DNA of 64,000 nucleotides from an uncultured Phycisphaerales bacterium (GTDB lineage Bacteria; Planctomycetota; Phycisphaerae; WQYP01): NCBI GenBank assembly GCA_963766775.1, contig CAVYBP010000003.1, positions 27,759 to 91,758 of the forward strand, read 5' to 3'. Shown piece by piece: positions 1 to 9,290 of this stretch (position 1 is its first letter; each line of letters starts with the position of its first letter). The notes under the pieces were generated by a model. It saw only the letters and a program-made list of their open reading frames with translations, ran no database searches and was not told where the DNA came from. The position numbers and the translations under genes were made by a program.

Positions 1-2394
1 ACGGTTCATCCTGACGGCTCCTTTGGTTCGGGCGGCCTGGTGGAAAATGTCTCCGGCGGCGGCACGCAAATCAATGCTCAGGCAGTGCTGCCCGATGGGC
101 GTATCGTTGTCGCCGGAGTGGAGTACGACGTCACCGATTGGCATCAGATGCTTTTCCTCGCGGAATACAATGCCGACGGCACTCTTAACACCTCGTTTGG
201 CCAGGGCGGCTATGCCACCAGCGACCTGTCGATTTCGTCAGGCGCGGCCCTTTCGATCTTGCCCAACGGGAACATTCTCGTGGCGGGTTCGGTCAATCCG
301 GGGTACGCGGGCGCAACCCAGCAGGGGTCGATTGCCCTGGAAGAGTTCCATGCCGACGGCTCGGTCAATACGTCGTTCGGCTCAGCAGGCACGGGGGTGG
401 TCGTCACGGCGTTGCCGTGGTGGTCACGTGCGAATGCCATGACGGTGCTCGCGGATGGGCATATTGTGATCGCGGGTTATGCGGGTACGCCCAATGGCTA
501 CTCGCAGAATGCCGTCGTGGTGGAATACAACGCCGATGGCACTCTGAATACCGCGTTCGGGTCGTCGGGCGTGGCGGTGAGTTCTGCAGCGGTCGCGTGG
601 ATGTCACTGGTCGTGCTGGCCAACGGCAACCTGTTGGTCACGGACGGATCGAACCTCGCCGAGTATGATGGCACGGGCCATCCGGTCACTGGCTTTGGCT
701 CGGGTGGAATAGCAACGACGAGCATGACCATCGCGGCGTTCCAGCCGCTTGCCAACGGTAAAATCCTCGCGTCGGGTTACATCTATCAGGAGGGATACGT
801 GGTGGACCTGGCGGTGGAAAGATTCAACGCCAACGGCACGCTGGACACCACCTTCGGGGTCAACGGCACCGGTCTGTCGCCGGTGTACGACCTGGGCGAC
901 GGCACGATCGGGGCGATCAGCGTGCTGGCGAGTGGCGAGATTCTGGTGGCGGGGACGGCGGGCGATTACAACGGCAATTCCGACCTTGTGCTGACGGAGT
1001 TTACCGCCGAGGGCACGCTGGATGTGAGTTTTAACTATGGCATCGCGTTTATTCCGATGGGGACTTACGACACCGCCAGCGCGATGACGATCTTGCCGAG
1101 CGGAGAAATCCTCGTGGGCGGGGAGCTCGATGCAATGAATATGGAGGGCTTCCTTGCCAAGTACGAGGTGGATAGCAGCTCGGGGAGCTACGGGGGAGGC
1201 ACCCAGACGCTCACGTACACGTACGACGTGCGAGGGAAGTTGATTGGCATCGCCAGGGATGGCCAGACGATTGCGACGTACACGTATGACGATCAAGGCA
1301 ATCGCGTATCGGAGACGGTGGGCGGGGTGACGACGCTGTACCTGATCGACACGAACAATCCGACGGGATATGCACAGCCGATGGAGGCGAAGTCCTCCGC
1401 GACTAGCAAACCGATCACGACGTGGATCATTGGCGACCGCGTCTTCGGCCAAGCGGATAGTGCAGGCAATGTGAGCTATCTGTTGGCTGACGGGCATGGC
1501 AGCACGCGCCTGCTCACTAGCGCGACCGGCGCGATTACCGCCGCCTTCAACTACGACGCCTTCGGCACCGCGTTGAACTTCAACGCGGGCATGGCGGCCA
1601 CACCATTCCTCTTCGGCGGTGATTCGTTCTATGATCCCGCGAGCGGCCTTTACATCCATGGCGACGGCACACGCCAACGTAATGGCTTCTGGTTCATGGA
1701 GAGCGACTTCGGGCGTGAAGGGCAAGGTCACAGACAAGACCCGCTTAGTCTCCACAAGTACATTTATGTATGGGGTGATCCCATCAACGGGCGTGATCCA
1801 AGTGGACATGACTTGATCGATGGTCTAACTCAAGCAGGCAGCGTTATCGCAAGCGGTATTGGCGACGCCCTAGGCTTCGACGGCAAGGAGGTGGCCATTG
1901 GACTTTGGGAAGGTGCGCAAGCCGGGATGATGGCGTTTGCGGATAACTTTACCTTCCACCAGATAGGTTGGCTCCACGAAGGCCGGACGATTTACTGGCA
2001 AGAATTGGGCATGGCGGGCACGTCCACTGAAACCGCGACGAACGCCGCCGCCTGGGTTGCAACTGGGGCAATAGACGCGGCTGTTGTCTTTGGTGCATGG
2101 AGTGTCCTTGGAGGAATATTTGAAGCTGAAGGGGCAGGCCCAAATCCGCAAATAATTAAAACGATTATGAACTTGGCAGATGATGCGACGTTGACGCCGG
2201 AACAAATCGAAGCGCTTGGGAAAAACGTGGATGTTATCCTCGAAAAATCACTTCCAGTGAAAGCTGATGCCGGCGCAATTCAAGATATTGTTGACCTTTT
2301 TCAAGAAGATTCACGGTTCCGTTTTCTTGATCAAGTTCCTGGTGCATGGGATTCTATTTTGGAAGCGTTGGATGAATATGGATACTTTGACTAA
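1..2394 (+). CDS. Polymorphic toxin A (5'-partial): delta-60-type repeats + RHS repeat-associated core + variable C-terminal domain
   Basis: The frame of ORF 40..2394 stays open back to base 1 (TVHPDGSFGSGG...), so the N-terminus lies outside the window. There are at least 6-7 repeats of the VLPDGRIVVAG...YNADGTLNTSFGQGG type. YD/RHS repeats follow (YTYDVRGKLIGIARDG, YTYDDQGNRVSE, FNYDAFG). They end in the core boundary motif DPLSLHKYIYVWGDPINGRDPSGH (about nt 1740-1810), followed by an unrelated domain of about 190 aa. Confidence 0.8.
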   Translation, partial: TVHPDGSFGSGGLVENVSGGGTQINAQAVLPDGRIVVAGVEYDVTDWHQMLFLAEYNADGTLNTSFGQGGYATSDLSISSGAALSILPNGNILVAGSVNPGYAGATQQGSIALEEFHADGSVNTSFGSAGTGVVVTALPWWSRANAMTVLADGHIVIAGYAGTPNGYSQNAVVVEYNADGTLNTAFGSSGVAVSSAAVAWMSLVVLANGNLLVTDGSNLAEYDGTGHPVTGFGSGGIATTSMTIAAFQPLANGKILASGYIYQEGYVVDLAVERFNANGTLDTTFGVNGTGLSPVYDLGDGTIGAISVLASGEILVAGTAGDYNGNSDLVLTEFTAEGTLDVSFNYGIAFIPMGTYDTASAMTILPSGEILVGGELDAMNMEGFLAKYEVDSSSGSYGGGTQTLTYTYDVRGKLIGIARDGQTIATYTYDDQGNRVSETVGGVTTLYLIDTNNPTGYAQPMEAKSSATSKPITTWIIGDRVFGQADSAGNVSYLLADGHGSTRLLTSATGAITAAFNYDAFGTALNFNAGMAATPFLFGGDSFYDPASGLYIHGDGTRQRNGFWFMESDFGREGQGHRQDPLSLHKYIYVWGDPINGRDPSGHDLIDGLTQAGSVIASGIGDALGFDGKEVAIGLWEGAQAGMMAFADNFTFHQIGWLHEGRTIYWQELGMAGTSTETATNAAAWVATGAIDAAVVFGAWSVLGGIFEAEGAGPNPQIIKTIMNLADDATLTPEQIEALGKNVDVILEKSLPVKADAGAIQDIVDLFQEDSRFRFLDQVPGAWDSILEALDEYGYFD
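532..1139. repeat. Direct repeat copy 1 (about 608 bp, apparently identical to 2903-3510); weaker homology continues to about 1655
   Basis: Aligned by eye at offset +2371. I saw no differences between 532-1139 and 2903-3510. The encoded peptides and the antisense shadow ORFs (749..994 vs 3120..3365) are identical. Confidence 0.8.
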
Positions 2395-2797
2395 TGAGAA
2401 TATTATGCCGGATGATGGTAAAGATACCGTGAGGTGGTTTCAGAATCTTTTAAATGAAATCTTGCGCATATGGCCCACCCGCGATCAAGAATTTAACGAG
2501 AACGCTCGCCAAGTATTGTTAAAATATACTTCTAATGATTTTGACCAAAGAGATTTTTTCAATGATCGTATAGGAAATATAAAAAACCAACCCAAAGTTC
2601 AAATTAAAAATGAAAATATTTTTTTGGAGTTTGAAGATAGTAGGGGATATATGCAAAGATCTGTCTTCGAGTTAAAAACTGGATTATTGAAAGAGCTGAA
2701 ATTTCAGTGCCCAATCTGTTTTGGTTCAGGAAAAAATAATGCCCAAATCTGCAAAATGTGTGATGGTGTTGGATGGGGGGCGGGTAAGCGGCGATAA
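2372..2797 (+). CDS. Putative immunity protein for toxin A (small, AT-rich, two CxxCxGxG zinc-finger motifs)
   Basis: The ATG at 2372 overlaps the toxin A 3' end by 23 nt. GC is clearly lower than in the flanks. The C-terminus CPICFGSGKNNAQICKMCDGVGWG resembles the DnaJ-type CxxCxGxG zinc-finger repeat. The immunity role is inferred from position only. Confidence 0.45.
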   Translation: MNMDTLTNENIMPDDGKDTVRWFQNLLNEILRIWPTRDQEFNENARQVLLKYTSNDFDQRDFFNDRIGNIKNQPKVQIKNENIFLEFEDSRGYMQRSVFELKTGLLKELKFQCPICFGSGKNNAQICKMCDGVGWGAGKRR

Positions 2798-2824
2798 TAT
2801 AGGCAGGCGGAGGCGAGGTGAGAA

Positions 2825-5374
2825 ATGGTGGGAACTACTTGGTTTGGAATTGCCTGTACGCCCGGTGGCTACTCAGAGAATGCCGTCGTAGTGGAATACA
2901 ATGCCGATGGCACTCTGAATACCGCGTTCGGGTCGTCGGGCGTGGCGGTGAGTTCTGCAGCGGTCGCGTGGATGTCACTGGTCGTGCTGGCCAACGGCAA
3001 CCTGTTGGTCACGGACGGATCGAACCTCGCCGAGTATGATGGCACGGGCCATCCGGTCACTGGCTTTGGCTCGGGTGGAATAGCAACGACGAGCATGACC
3101 ATCGCGGCGTTCCAGCCGCTTGCCAACGGTAAAATCCTCGCGTCGGGTTACATCTATCAGGAGGGATACGTGGTGGACCTGGCGGTGGAAAGATTCAACG
3201 CCAACGGCACGCTGGACACCACCTTCGGGGTCAACGGCACCGGTCTGTCGCCGGTGTACGACCTGGGCGACGGCACGATCGGGGCGATCAGCGTGCTGGC
3301 GAGTGGCGAGATTCTGGTGGCGGGGACGGCGGGCGATTACAACGGCAATTCCGACCTTGTGCTGACGGAGTTTACCGCCGAGGGCACGCTGGATGTGAGT
3401 TTTAACTATGGCATCGCGTTTATTCCGATGGGGACTTACGACACCGCCAGCGCGATGACGATCTTGCCGAGCGGAGAAATCCTCGTGGGCGGGGAGCTCG
3501 ATGCAATGAACATTGAGGGCTTCCTTGCCAAGTACGAGGTGGATAGCAGTGGGGGGAGCTACGGGGGAGGCAACCAGACGCTCACGTACACGTATGACGT
3601 GCGAGGGAAGTTGATCGGCATCGCCAGGGATGGCAGGACGGTTGCGACGTATGCGTATGACGATCATGGCAATCGCGTCTCAGAGACGGTGGGTGGTGTC
3701 ACCACCTTGTACCTGATTGATACGAACAATCCGACGGGCTACGCACAGCCGATGGAGGCGAAGTCCTCCGCGACCGGCAAGCCGATCACGACATGGATCA
3801 TTGGTGATCGCGTGTTTGGGCAAGCGGATAGTGCGGGCAATGTGAGCTACCTCCTCGCCGACGGCCACGGCAGCACACGCCTGCTCACCAGCGCGACCGG
3901 CACAATCACCGCCGCCTTCAACTACGACGCCTTCGGCACTGCGTTGAACTTCAACGCGGGCATGGCCGCCACGCCATTCCTCTTCGGCGGCGACTCCTTC
4001 TACGACGCGCCCAGCGGGCTGAACTTCCACGGCGACGGCACACGGCAACGATTTGGCTTTTTGTTTATGGAGAGCGACTTCGGCCCCCGTGGGCAAGGGA
4101 ATAAAAATGATCCGCTGTCGCTCCACAAATATCTCTATGCGGACGGAAATCCCATCAATGAAAACGATCCGACGGGGCATTTTACCCTTCTCGATATGCT
4201 TCACGCAGAAGCCATAGGCATGGGCATGGAGGGTACGGGGGCGGTTGCGGGCAATGCCGTTGAGGCAATTGCGGAGGAAGTCGCGGGAGAAGCGGAAGCG
4301 ACGATGTTGGACCAAAGTTTGGAAATCGATGAAATCGAGGCCGAGTGCGAAGGAGGGTGTTTCGTCGCCGGCACGGACGTACTCTTGGGTGATGGCAAAA
4401 CGGAAGAACAAATTCAAGATATCCATGTAGGTGACCGAGTCGCGACGGACGACGGTGTCGCGAATAGTGCGGACGGCAAAACCGCCGCTGCCGATTCCAG
4501 CGCCACGCAAGTAGATCCAGCAACATGGCGACTGGTCACGATGCAAAGGATTGAGCACGACGCTGATGGTACGACGGACGTAATTGAAATCCAGACGCTC
4601 GAGCCCTTAAGCGAAATTGAAGCCGGGCACGAACAAGTAGGATCGGTCGTCATCGTTCCGCTGGACACGCAGGAGATGGGTCTTTCGGCCAACGCGACGG
4701 CAGTGATTACCTCCATTGATGCATGTCCCCATATTGCATCCGGACCGGGTCGGGTGGTATTGACCACAGTGAGCCACCTCACTAACGACCTTTTTAATCT
4801 GACGCTTACGAACAGCCAGGGGCAGGCGGAAACGCTTGGTGTTACGGGGACCCATAGGTTCTACACCGAGGATCGCGGATGGGTGGTCGCGAGCGATCTG
4901 CGGATGGGCGAGTTGGTGCAGGGTGCAAACGGCGATGTCACGGTCATGGCGCTAATCGCCAACGCAGGCGTGCATGAAGTTTACAACATGACCGTCGAGG
5001 CGGATCATGATTATTATGTGGGGTATATGCCGGCGCTGGTGCACAATAATTGCAATTCGTACGAGTTAGGCCAAAATCTAGAGGCTGCGGGTAAGGGAGG
5101 AGCGGAGGCGGGCGATGCTGCGCACATTGTACCCGCAGGAATGAACAATCCTATAGTCACGGAGATGCAAGACATTCTTGAAGAGGCGGGCATTGATATT
5201 AATGATGCAGAGAATGGCTTCCGCACGTTCAATTCCACGCACATGGGAAGTCATACGGCGGAATTTTTAAGTGATTTGTTTGATCTGCTAAGTAATGCTG
5301 CCGGTGATCAAAGTAGTGTGTCACAGATTTTAGAGTATGCCCAGCAAGCATTAGAATCTGGCGTTTATTTGTAA
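2825..5374 (+). CDS. Polymorphic toxin B (N-terminally shorter paralog): delta-60 repeats + RHS core + Hint domain + AHH-like HNH/EndoVII nuclease domain
   Basis: ATG at 2825 follows a GGAGG-like motif. From residue about 14 it is near-identical to toxin A residues about 155 onward. Core boundary motif is DPLSLHKYLYADGNPINENDPTGH. A Hint domain and the C-terminal GDAAHIVPAG...NGFRTFNSTHMGSHTAEF follow. Confidence 0.8.
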   Translation: MVGTTWFGIACTPGGYSENAVVVEYNADGTLNTAFGSSGVAVSSAAVAWMSLVVLANGNLLVTDGSNLAEYDGTGHPVTGFGSGGIATTSMTIAAFQPLANGKILASGYIYQEGYVVDLAVERFNANGTLDTTFGVNGTGLSPVYDLGDGTIGAISVLASGEILVAGTAGDYNGNSDLVLTEFTAEGTLDVSFNYGIAFIPMGTYDTASAMTILPSGEILVGGELDAMNIEGFLAKYEVDSSGGSYGGGNQTLTYTYDVRGKLIGIARDGRTVATYAYDDHGNRVSETVGGVTTLYLIDTNNPTGYAQPMEAKSSATGKPITTWIIGDRVFGQADSAGNVSYLLADGHGSTRLLTSATGTITAAFNYDAFGTALNFNAGMAATPFLFGGDSFYDAPSGLNFHGDGTRQRFGFLFMESDFGPRGQGNKNDPLSLHKYLYADGNPINENDPTGHFTLLDMLHAEAIGMGMEGTGAVAGNAVEAIAEEVAGEAEATMLDQSLEIDEIEAECEGGCFVAGTDVLLGDGKTEEQIQDIHVGDRVATDDGVANSADGKTAAADSSATQVDPATWRLVTMQRIEHDADGTTDVIEIQTLEPLSEIEAGHEQVGSVVIVPLDTQEMGLSANATAVITSIDACPHIASGPGRVVLTTVSHLTNDLFNLTLTNSQGQAETLGVTGTHRFYTEDRGWVVASDLRMGELVQGANGDVTVMALIANAGVHEVYNMTVEADHDYYVGYMPALVHNNCNSYELGQNLEAAGKGGAEAGDAAHIVPAGMNNPIVTEMQDILEEAGIDINDAENGFRTFNSTHMGSHTAEFLSDLFDLLSNAAGDQSSVSQILEYAQQALESGVYL
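2903..3510. repeat. Direct repeat copy 2 (partner of 532-1139)
   Basis: See copy 1. Confidence 0.8.
4358..5050 (+). other. Hint (intein-like, pre-toxin HINT) domain inside toxin B
   Basis: N-terminal CFVAGTDVLLGDG (block A Cys), internal TGTHRFY (TxxH), and C-terminal VYNMTVEADHDYYVG...LVHNN followed by Cys at 5051. Confidence 0.7.
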
Positions 5375-5384
5375 TGAGGTTTTC

Positions 5385-6366
5385 ATGGATTTACCTAACA
5401 GAGTTTACAGACTCTCCGCAATTCTTGACGATCCCCGGTACGAAGGATTTAAGTCCAAAGCAGGATATTTTCTTAACACTTTTCCCCGTCCTCGTGCCAG
5501 TCGCGACTGGAAAATATCTCGTGTCGCAAAAAAGTGGGATACTCCCGTGCTCACAGGTCGTGTAAGGCTCTACAATGACTTCCCCTGCGTTGATCTTATA
5601 CACCCAGCGTTCAGCATGCGCGGTGGAAGCCATGCGGGATATCTTAGAATCAAATGGAGAACTTCTTCCGGTATTATCAACAAATGGGAAAAAATATTTT
5701 GCATATAATGTGACTACCGTTGCAGATGTTCTAGATAATCGTAAATCTAAACTTCAATACCTCAAAGATGGATTCACTGCCCTTGGAGACATTCTTTGGT
5801 ACGAGTTCAAACCGGATCTTGTAAACAATCTTTCGATTTTCAGATTACCTGAGCAACCTAGTATGAAATATGTAACAGAAAAATTTGTTACACGTGTTGC
5901 ACAGTATGGTCTTAAAGGCTTCGATTTCCAGATCGTATGGCCGCTTCCAGAGAACGCTGACTGGCGAATGATGAGAAGGGATCGCCGGAGAGCTGTTCGT
6001 GCTGCTGGTTTGCCTGCGGGCCAAACCATTAAAGGAAATTCGGTGTTCATAATTTTCCAACTACCAAGAAGGTCGTCCGAACCTTCGGAAGCCGTCCTCC
6101 GTTCGATAACCAGAATGGCGACAGAACTTGACGTGCAGCTAGTCAATCTTTCGTCTGAAACTCCGCCCATTGGAAATCTCGAAAACATCGACTATGACTG
6201 CCCGGGCGTAGCGCGAATAATAGTCAGTTGCCCCGATGCTCAGGCACTAATCGAAAAAATTAGACCTTGGCTCGCGAGAATCAGATGGCCGAATGGGATG
6301 ACTGTCATCGCTCGCTCTTCTAACTTTGCCGATACCGCCGGACGAGAGACGCCACTTCCCTTATGA
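5385..6366 (+). CDS. Putative immunity protein for toxin B, DUF1629/Imm11-like, frameshifted near 5618-5624
   Basis: ORF 5385..5708 (..LYNDFPCVDLIHPAFS) continues in ORF 5575..6366 (..AVEAMRDILESNGELLPV...SIFRLPEQPSMKYVTEKFVTRVAQYGLKGFDF). The pattern resembles DUF1629/Imm11 as I recall it, and an extra C-terminal region of about 130 aa follows. Confidence 0.45.
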
Positions 6367-6411
6367 TAAATCGTGGAAGGGAAGGCTTGCTGACGGCAAT
6401 TTCCAACGACC

Positions 6412-8688
6412 ATGGACACTACTTTCGGCTGGGGCGGTTACAGCGGTTACTTCGGCGTTGGCATGACGAGTGCCACGTCCATGACGGTGCTTTCCAATGG
6501 GAACATTCTCGTGGTGGGTAATGCGGATCCGAATTATCTTGATGGCGGGCAGAACATGATCCTGCTGGCGGAGTTCCACGCCAATGGCACGCTCATGACA
6601 TCGTTTGGCGTCTCGGGAGTGGCCATGAGAGGGAGCGCGGAGGGTGACACGGCACAGGCACTCACGGTGCTTCCCGATGGTCATATCCTCGTGGCGGGGT
6701 ATCAGGGGATGGCCGATGGGACGCAGGAAGGCGTGATTTTCGAGTACAACGCCAATGGCACGGTGAACACGTCGTTTGGGGTGAACGGTGTTGCGGTGGA
6801 TGCCGCGAGCACGGGTTGGAATGCGATGATGGTGCTGCCAAACGGCAATTTGGTCGTGGGTGGCGGAGCGACGCTCAACAGCTATTTCATGGGCGGAGCC
6901 TCGCTTGTGGAATACGATCCGACGGGGCATTTCGTGAGCGGATTTGGCTCCGGGGGCACAATGCCGTTGGGCTTTACGGTGACGGCATTGACGCTGCTGG
7001 GCAATGGACAGATTCTCGCGGCAGGGTATGTGACGGATTACAACGATGCCCATTACATGGAGGTGGCCGTCGCGCGAGTGAACGCCGATGGCACGTTGGA
7101 CAGTTCGTTTGGAAGCAGCGGGACAGGGGGAGCGGGTGGGGGTGTGACGTATGTGCCGCTGTTGCTGATGGATTACTATAGCACGGTCAGTGCGATCACG
7201 GTGCTGACCAATGGAGAGATACTGATTGCCGGCAGCGTGATCGACATGGGCGATGATCTGATGCTCGCGGAGTTCCGGTCCGACGGCACCTTGGACACGA
7301 GCTTCAACGGCATGGGCTTCAGTTGGACGGCGATGGGCTTCTGGGCGGGTGCGATGGCAATGACGATCCTGCCCAGCGGCGAAGTCCTTGTGGGCGGGGG
7401 AATCCAGATGATGGGCGCAGCAGACGGCAATTCCTATATCGTGGGCGAGTCGTTGCTGGCGAAGTACCAGGTCAGCAGCGTGCCCGATGGGTATAGCACA
7501 GACACGCAGACGATGACTTACACGTATGACGTGCGAGGCAAGCTCATCGGCATCGCGAGGAATGGCGCGACCGTCGCCAGCTACACTTATGACGATCAGG
7601 GCAATCGCGTGTCCGAGACGGTGGGCGGCGTAACCACCTTGTACTTGATCGACACGAACAATCCGACGGGCTACGCGCAGCCGACGGAGGCGAAGTCCTC
7701 CGCGACGGGCAAACCGATCACGACATGGATCATTGGCGATCGGGTGTTCGGCCAAGCGGACAGCACCGGCAATGTAAGCTATCTGCTGGCCGACGGGCAC
7801 GGCTCAACGCGATTACTCACCAGCGCGACCGGCGCGATCACGGCGGCCTTCAACTACGACGCCTTCGGCACCGCGTTGAACTTCAACGCGAGCATGGCCG
7901 CCACACCCTTCCTCTTCGGCGGTGACTCGTTCTACGACGCGCCCAGTGGACTGAACTTCCACGGCGACGGAGTGCGAACGCGGCAAGGTTTCATGTACAT
8001 GCAAAGTGACTTTGGGCCTGAAGGGCAAGGGAGTAAGAATGATCCAATTTCACTCCACAAATACCTTTATGCCAACGGAAATCCTATCAATCAAAACGAT
8101 CCGAATGGGCATTTTTCTTTGTTGGATACTTTGTCAAGCCTCTCAATCGGGGCCGGCATGATCGCAGCGGCTCCTGTTGCCAATGGACTAATTGCTTTGG
8201 TGACAGAGGTGGCTGGTTGCGTATTCTTGGCATCATTGATTGAGAAGTCAGTTGAGGACTATGGAATTTTGCCCTCAAGCCAACTGACGGATAACTTATT
8301 GACTTTGTCTGGATCAGTTTTCTTCGCAGGCGCGTCCTTACAGAGCATGACGGAAGAATTTCAATCGTTCACGCAACAAAGCGGACAATCAACAACATTC
8401 GTTATCGGCAAAGCTGATGCGTTGAACAGTGCAAATCTAGCGGAAGACGAGACTACTCTTATTGAATTTGGCATGTCGGACCAAGGGAGCCCTCAGGCAA
8501 ATTGGACACAAAATTCAAGCCTTTTAAGACAGATTATGAATCGTGGATTTCCTATTCGTGATGCAAGTATTGATAGTTCTGGAAATTTAATCGATAATAC
8601 TGGATTTCTTAAAATGGAGAGAAACTTGCTAGATAATTGTGGTTGGATTTATAATAAATCTACTGGTTATTGGTATCCTTCATCATGA
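6412..8688 (+). CDS. Polymorphic toxin C (divergent paralog): delta-60 repeats + RHS core + third, unrelated C-terminal domain
   Basis: It starts inside a repeat (MDTTFGWGG), with an in-frame stop 21 nt upstream. The RHS core is 85-90% similar to A/B by eye (YTYDVRGKLIGIARNG...DPISLHKYLYANGNPINQNDPNGH). A unique tail of about 215 aa follows. Confidence 0.8.
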   Translation: MDTTFGWGGYSGYFGVGMTSATSMTVLSNGNILVVGNADPNYLDGGQNMILLAEFHANGTLMTSFGVSGVAMRGSAEGDTAQALTVLPDGHILVAGYQGMADGTQEGVIFEYNANGTVNTSFGVNGVAVDAASTGWNAMMVLPNGNLVVGGGATLNSYFMGGASLVEYDPTGHFVSGFGSGGTMPLGFTVTALTLLGNGQILAAGYVTDYNDAHYMEVAVARVNADGTLDSSFGSSGTGGAGGGVTYVPLLLMDYYSTVSAITVLTNGEILIAGSVIDMGDDLMLAEFRSDGTLDTSFNGMGFSWTAMGFWAGAMAMTILPSGEVLVGGGIQMMGAADGNSYIVGESLLAKYQVSSVPDGYSTDTQTMTYTYDVRGKLIGIARNGATVASYTYDDQGNRVSETVGGVTTLYLIDTNNPTGYAQPTEAKSSATGKPITTWIIGDRVFGQADSTGNVSYLLADGHGSTRLLTSATGAITAAFNYDAFGTALNFNASMAATPFLFGGDSFYDAPSGLNFHGDGVRTRQGFMYMQSDFGPEGQGSKNDPISLHKYLYANGNPINQNDPNGHFSLLDTLSSLSIGAGMIAAAPVANGLIALVTEVAGCVFLASLIEKSVEDYGILPSSQLTDNLLTLSGSVFFAGASLQSMTEEFQSFTQQSGQSTTFVIGKADALNSANLAEDETTLIEFGMSDQGSPQANWTQNSSLLRQIMNRGFPIRDASIDSSGNLIDNTGFLKMERNLLDNCGWIYNKSTGYWYPSS

Positions 8689-9290
8689 TCCAGACCGACG
8701 ACAACGAATTTAATGACGCAAACTTCGGCCCTTTTCCAAAGCTTGCGTTGCGTTATATTGCTCCATGCTTGTCTCTATTGAATTTTAGGATAACGGAGGT
8801 GCAGCGAGATCGGTTGAATTTTGCATCACCTTCTTTGAAGGCTACAATTACGTATGAGCGTTTTTCGTGTGAAATACGTTTTATGTATTCGCGAAATATA
8901 GATAGTCGTGCATTTAGCTTAAAAGATCTTCTTGATTTTAAGCTCGGCGTCAATAAGTATTCATGTTCGATCTTCCAAGCATGTGACTGGAGCGATGTTG
9001 CGGTGTGTCTTAGAGGTATTGGGTTAGTTATCCAACAATATGGACAAGAAATCCTAAGTGGCGATATTGACCAGTATGAAAAGTTGGCGATGTTTGTGCA
9101 TAGTCGCGACGAAAATTTTACGAACGTGATTATCGATGGTTCCCTTCGCGCTGCCGTAATAGCAGCATGGGAGCGCCACGATTTTAATGAAGTGGTCAAT
9201 TTGTATGGCCGATTTAAGTCCACTTTGACAGAGCTAGAACGGCGACGTCTACTGTACGCGAAGAACAAAGTAAAAGATTGGCCGCGCTGA
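8685..9290 (+). CDS. Putative immunity protein for toxin C
   Basis: The ATG at 8685 overlaps the toxin C stop (ATGA coupling). The gene is AT-rich and has no recognisable motif. The role is inferred from position. Confidence 0.4.
   Translation: MIQTDDNEFNDANFGPFPKLALRYIAPCLSLLNFRITEVQRDRLNFASPSLKATITYERFSCEIRFMYSRNIDSRAFSLKDLLDFKLGVNKYSCSIFQACDWSDVAVCLRGIGLVIQQYGQEILSGDIDQYEKLAMFVHSRDENFTNVIIDGSLRAAVIAAWERHDFNEVVNLYGRFKSTLTELERRRLLYAKNKVKDWPR

Noticed and set aside
604-1809. Long antisense ORFs opposite the toxin genes (604..1809, 2975..3667, 3680..4558 and 6361..7800, minus strand)
   Set aside because: They are Arg/His/Ala-rich low-complexity translations typical of the reverse strand of high-GC genes. 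They fully overlap + strand genes with strong repeat and RHS motifs, and they duplicate exactly with the DNA repeat.
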